DNA from: Candidatus Altiarchaeota archaeon
GTDB lineage: Archaea; Altiarchaeota; Altiarchaeia; IMC4; QMZM01
Reading direction: 5' to 3'
Assembly (NCBI GenBank): GCA_038891095.1
Contig: JAWAEV010000005.1
Coordinates: forward strand, 1 to 61,319
DNA: 61,319 nt
The notes under the pieces are model-generated. The model had not been told where the DNA came from. It worked only from the letters and a program-made list of their open reading frames with translations, and ran no database searches. The translations under genes and the position numbers were made by a program. Below are positions 58,451-61,319 of this stretch, in pieces; position 1 is the first letter of the stretch, and each line of letters begins with the position of its first letter.

Positions 58451-61319
58451 CTATTGTTTAGGTATGCAAACTCTTGCTGGTGGTGTGTAAATTCTTATCC
58501 AGTATTGCTCGCCTGTGTTTCTCATAGTCTCTATCCAAATACCTAAGTTTATAAGACCTAACTTTGTGTTTGGATCTATGTTATGGAAATACACCATCCA
58601 TGAGTTCCTTGTTGTATTGTACCACCACACTGATGCAAGGTTATTGCCAAGAGAAGAGTTTAATACATCAACTACTCTGTATGTATTCTTTGTTGGATCT
58701 AAAGCAAGATTGTAGAGAGCACTTCCGTTCATGTCTGGTGGTAGATCAAAGTGTGCAGTCCATGGTGTCACTAAATCTTTGTAATAGAAGCATCTGTCTC
58801 TTGTATCAATTGTAAATATTATCACTGTTGACTGAGTCATTTTATTGCCTGAGGTGTCTTGGCATCTGACATAGTAAGCATACTGGCCATCTGCTAACTC
58901 TGATAGTGTCACTGTGTGTGTTGTTCCTCCAGTTGTTGTAAATGCTGTTCCAGAACCATAATCAAATTCTCTTGTTGAATACTGACAATTTGCATTCTCA
59001 TTAGTTACAACCATCAATGTTGGTGTTGAATCATTTATAGTTCCATTTGGAGCTGATGAAACTATGTAAGGCGCTTCATTGTCTTGTGCATTTAGTAAGA
59101 AAGCTATAACTATTGGCTGTGTCATTTCATTACCATAATTATCCTTACATATCACCCAGAATTTGTTCTCTGCATCCTCAATATAACTTGCAGTAGGCGT
59201 TCCCTCAGTGATTGTCTTCCATACATTTGCATTAACTGTAAATTCATTGCTTGAAGGCATATTTGCAAATGTTCCTGTGTGGTTAGCCCATCTACATACT
59301 GCATTTTCATCAACTAAAATCCTAAGCTGAGGAATTGTTGTGTAAATTCCTTCCTCTGGCTCTGCATCTAAGATTGTTGGAGCAGTTCTATCTATGGTGA
59401 ATGTTGTTGTAGCTAAATTACCTTCATTTCCTGCTGTATCTCTGCATCTAAAGTAGAAGGTATAACCTCCAGAAGGTAAACCATAGAGTGTCTTTACATG
59501 TTCTGTACCAGAACCTGCCATCATATCCATAGTATCATAGCCAACATTAAATTCACTAAACTTACATATAGCATTTTCACTTGTATTTACCATTAAAGTT
59601 ACTGAACCTGTGTTAAGAGTTCCTGTTGGAGCAGTTCCCGTTATTGTTGGAGCAACAAAATCAACCATAAGCAATAATGAATTTGTAAGCTGAGTTGCTG
59701 TATTACCTGCTAAATCTTCTCCGCCAGAAATGACTATTTCTCCATTAGCTTCTGAGCCAGTTAAAGTTCTCTTATAGACAAAGTATTTGCCATCTCTTGC
59801 ATATAAAGTTGCACTTAAACCACCTATCGTAACAGTTGGATTTATCGCTGCTTTCAACTCTTCACTTGCTAAGAATGTTACTGTAACTTCTGTTCCTTGC
59901 TTAGCTATGCTTGGATCAACACTCACTATTGAGTATGTTGGTACAACTGTATCTAAGGTAAAGTAAAGAACTGTTGATGCTAACATCACATTTCCATAAG
60001 AATCTTGACATCTTACATAATAATGATAAGTTCCATCACTTGGAGAAACTCCTGTGGTATGAGTTGTTCCTCCTGTGGTAGAGAATGTATTTGCCATGCT
60101 TCCATATTCTCTATCTTGTGTATCATACTTACATGTTGCTGCTTCATTTGTTGTAACACTCAATGTTACCGGCACTGCAGTCTTATAACCTCCTTGTGGA
60201 GATGATGCTGTTATCAATGGTGCTGTTGAATCAACTATAAAGGTTATTTGTGTGCTTGAAGTCATTACATTTCCTGCTGTATCTTTACATCTTACATATA
60301 ATGTATTTGAACCCTCTGCTGCAAAGTAGTTTGCTGCAAATGTTGTTACATCTAAGTTACCGAAAGCATAAGCCATTGAACCATAAGCAACATCTGTTGT
60401 ATCAAACCTGCATGTTGCTGCTTCATTAGTTGTACCTGTTAATAGCACAGATCTTGTATTGAATGATGTTCCTGTTGTAGAGGTGAATGTTGGTGCAGTT
60501 GTGTCTTTTGTGAAGAAGAATACAGTTGAATATGCACTACTTCTTCCTGAGTAATCAACTGCTTTTACTTTCCAAGCTGCTGTCGCTCCTTCTGGGATTG
60601 ATGACCAGTAAGCTCCTGTTAATGTATAAGATGTTGTATATACATTATAAGTTGTCTCAAATATCCCATCCGTTTCCTTGTCTAACTCTAGTACATAATA
60701 ACTTACTCCGTTTAAGTCAGTACTTTCGCTCCAGACTAATGTTGGTGCTGAGTTAAGCCTTGAACCACTACTCGGTGATATTAAAGAGGGAGTTGATGGA
60801 TTTGTTGAGTCATAGATGTAATAAACTAAAACTGAAGAAGTCATTTCATTATTCTGTGAATCATCTTTACATCTTATGTAGTAATGGATAAGCCCATCTG
60901 ATGCAGGTGTTGGTGTTGCTGTATGTACATTTCCTGCTCCTTCTGTCATTATATTTGCCATACTTCCATAGGCAATATCCTGTGTGTCATATTTACATGT
61001 TGAATCTTCATTTGTTGTTACTGATATCGTTGCTGGAGAGGTGTAATAACCTCCTTGTGGTGTTGCAGCAGTAACATAAGGTGCAACTGAATCAACTGTA
61101 AAGGTTATTTGTGTGCTTGAAGTCATTACATTTCCTGCTGTATCTTTACATCTTACATATAATGTATTTGAACCCTCTGCTGCAAAGTAGTTTGCTGCAA
61201 ATGTTGTTACATCAATATTTCCAAAAGCATAAGCCATTGAACCATAAGCAACATCTGTTGTATCAAACCTGCATGTTGCTGCTTCATTAGTTGTACCTGT
61301 TAATAGCACAGATCTTGTA
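58451..61319 (-). CDS. Large repetitive cell-surface protein with Ig-like disulfide modules (5' end outside window)
   Basis: Frame open to window edge; seven modules of about 95 aa with (T)NE...C and (R)C.D..(G)N; Thr/Ser rich. Confidence 0.85.
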   Translation of the reverse strand, partial: TRSVLLTGTTNEAATCRFDTTDVAYGSMAYAFGNIDVTTFAANYFAAEGSNTLYVRCKDTAGNVMTSSTQITFTVDSVAPYVTAATPQGGYYTSPATISVTTNEDSTCKYDTQDIAYGSMANIMTEGAGNVHTATPTPASDGLIHYYIRCKDDSQNNEMTSSVLVYYIYDSTNPSTPSLISPSSGSRLNSAPTLVWSESTDLNGVSYYVLELDKETDGIFETTYNVYTTSYTLTGAYWSSIPEGATAAWKVKAVDYSGRSSAYSTVFFFTKDTTAPTFTSTTGTSFNTRSVLLTGTTNEAATCRFDTTDVAYGSMAYAFGNLDVTTFAANYFAAEGSNTLYVRCKDTAGNVMTSSTQITFIVDSTAPLITASSPQGGYKTAVPVTLSVTTNEAATCKYDTQDREYGSMANTFSTTGGTTHTTGVSPSDGTYHYYVRCQDSYGNVMLASTVLYFTLDTVVPTYSIVSVDPSIAKQGTEVTVTFLASEELKAAINPTVTIGGLSATLYARDGKYFVYKRTLTGSEANGEIVISGGEDLAGNTATQLTNSLLLMVDFVAPTITGTAPTGTLNTGSVTLMVNTSENAICKFSEFNVGYDTMDMMAGSGTEHVKTLYGLPSGGYTFYFRCRDTAGNEGNLATTTFTIDRTAPTILDAEPEEGIYTTIPQLRILVDENAVCRWANHTGTFANMPSSNEFTVNANVWKTITEGTPTASYIEDAENKFWVICKDNYGNEMTQPIVIAFLLNAQDNEAPYIVSSAPNGTINDSTPTLMVVTNENANCQYSTREFDYGSGTAFTTTGGTTHTVTLSELADGQYAYYVRCQDTSGNKMTQSTVIIFTIDTRDRCFYYKDLVTPWTAHFDLPPDMNGSALYNLALDPTKNTYRVVDVLNSSLGNNLASVWWYNTTRNSWMVYFHNIDPNTKLGLINLGIWIETMRNTGEQYWIRIYTPPARVCIPKQ
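60227..61319. repeat. Near-identical intragenic direct repeat (at least 232 bp, offset 861 bp)
   Basis: 60227-60458 vs 61088-61319; six mismatches by manual alignment. Confidence 0.9.

Noticed and set aside
60227-61319. Diversity-generating retroelement TR/VR pair
   Set aside because: Mismatches are not adenine-specific, both copies are in-frame modules of one gene, and no reverse transcriptase is in the window

Overview
AT-rich archaeal chromosomal window (archaeal EF-1A/EF-2 with HRG diphthamide motif, S4e, Rpp21, archaeal-type ThrRS, DGGGP-synthase-like UbiA). A DPANN/Altiarchaeota-like anaerobe is my inference, not shown. Left 11 kb: an apparent operon of a 1315-aa Cys-rich surface protein, five tandem paralogous TrbL/VirB6-like membrane proteins that each contain a VirB2/TrbC pilin-like hairpin, a PH-like membrane protein and a Cys-rich pilin fusion, plus a divergent stand-alone pilin. 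This is the best candidate for an undescribed secretion, adhesion or DNA-transfer system. It is followed by a class III RNR/redox operon with two unannotated microproteins and an HxlR regulator, housekeeping genes, and a rearranged ribosomal operon (S17-L14-L24-S4e-L5-S14-S7-EF2-EF1A-S10-tRNA-Glu). Further right are a decayed 2.6-kb island integrated at tRNA-Thr that keeps an intact VapBC, SMC, ThrRS, a group 3b NiFe hydrogenase, a merT/merP-like cassette, and a repetitive surface-protein cluster running off the right edge. All family calls come from motif recognition by eye; no searches were run.
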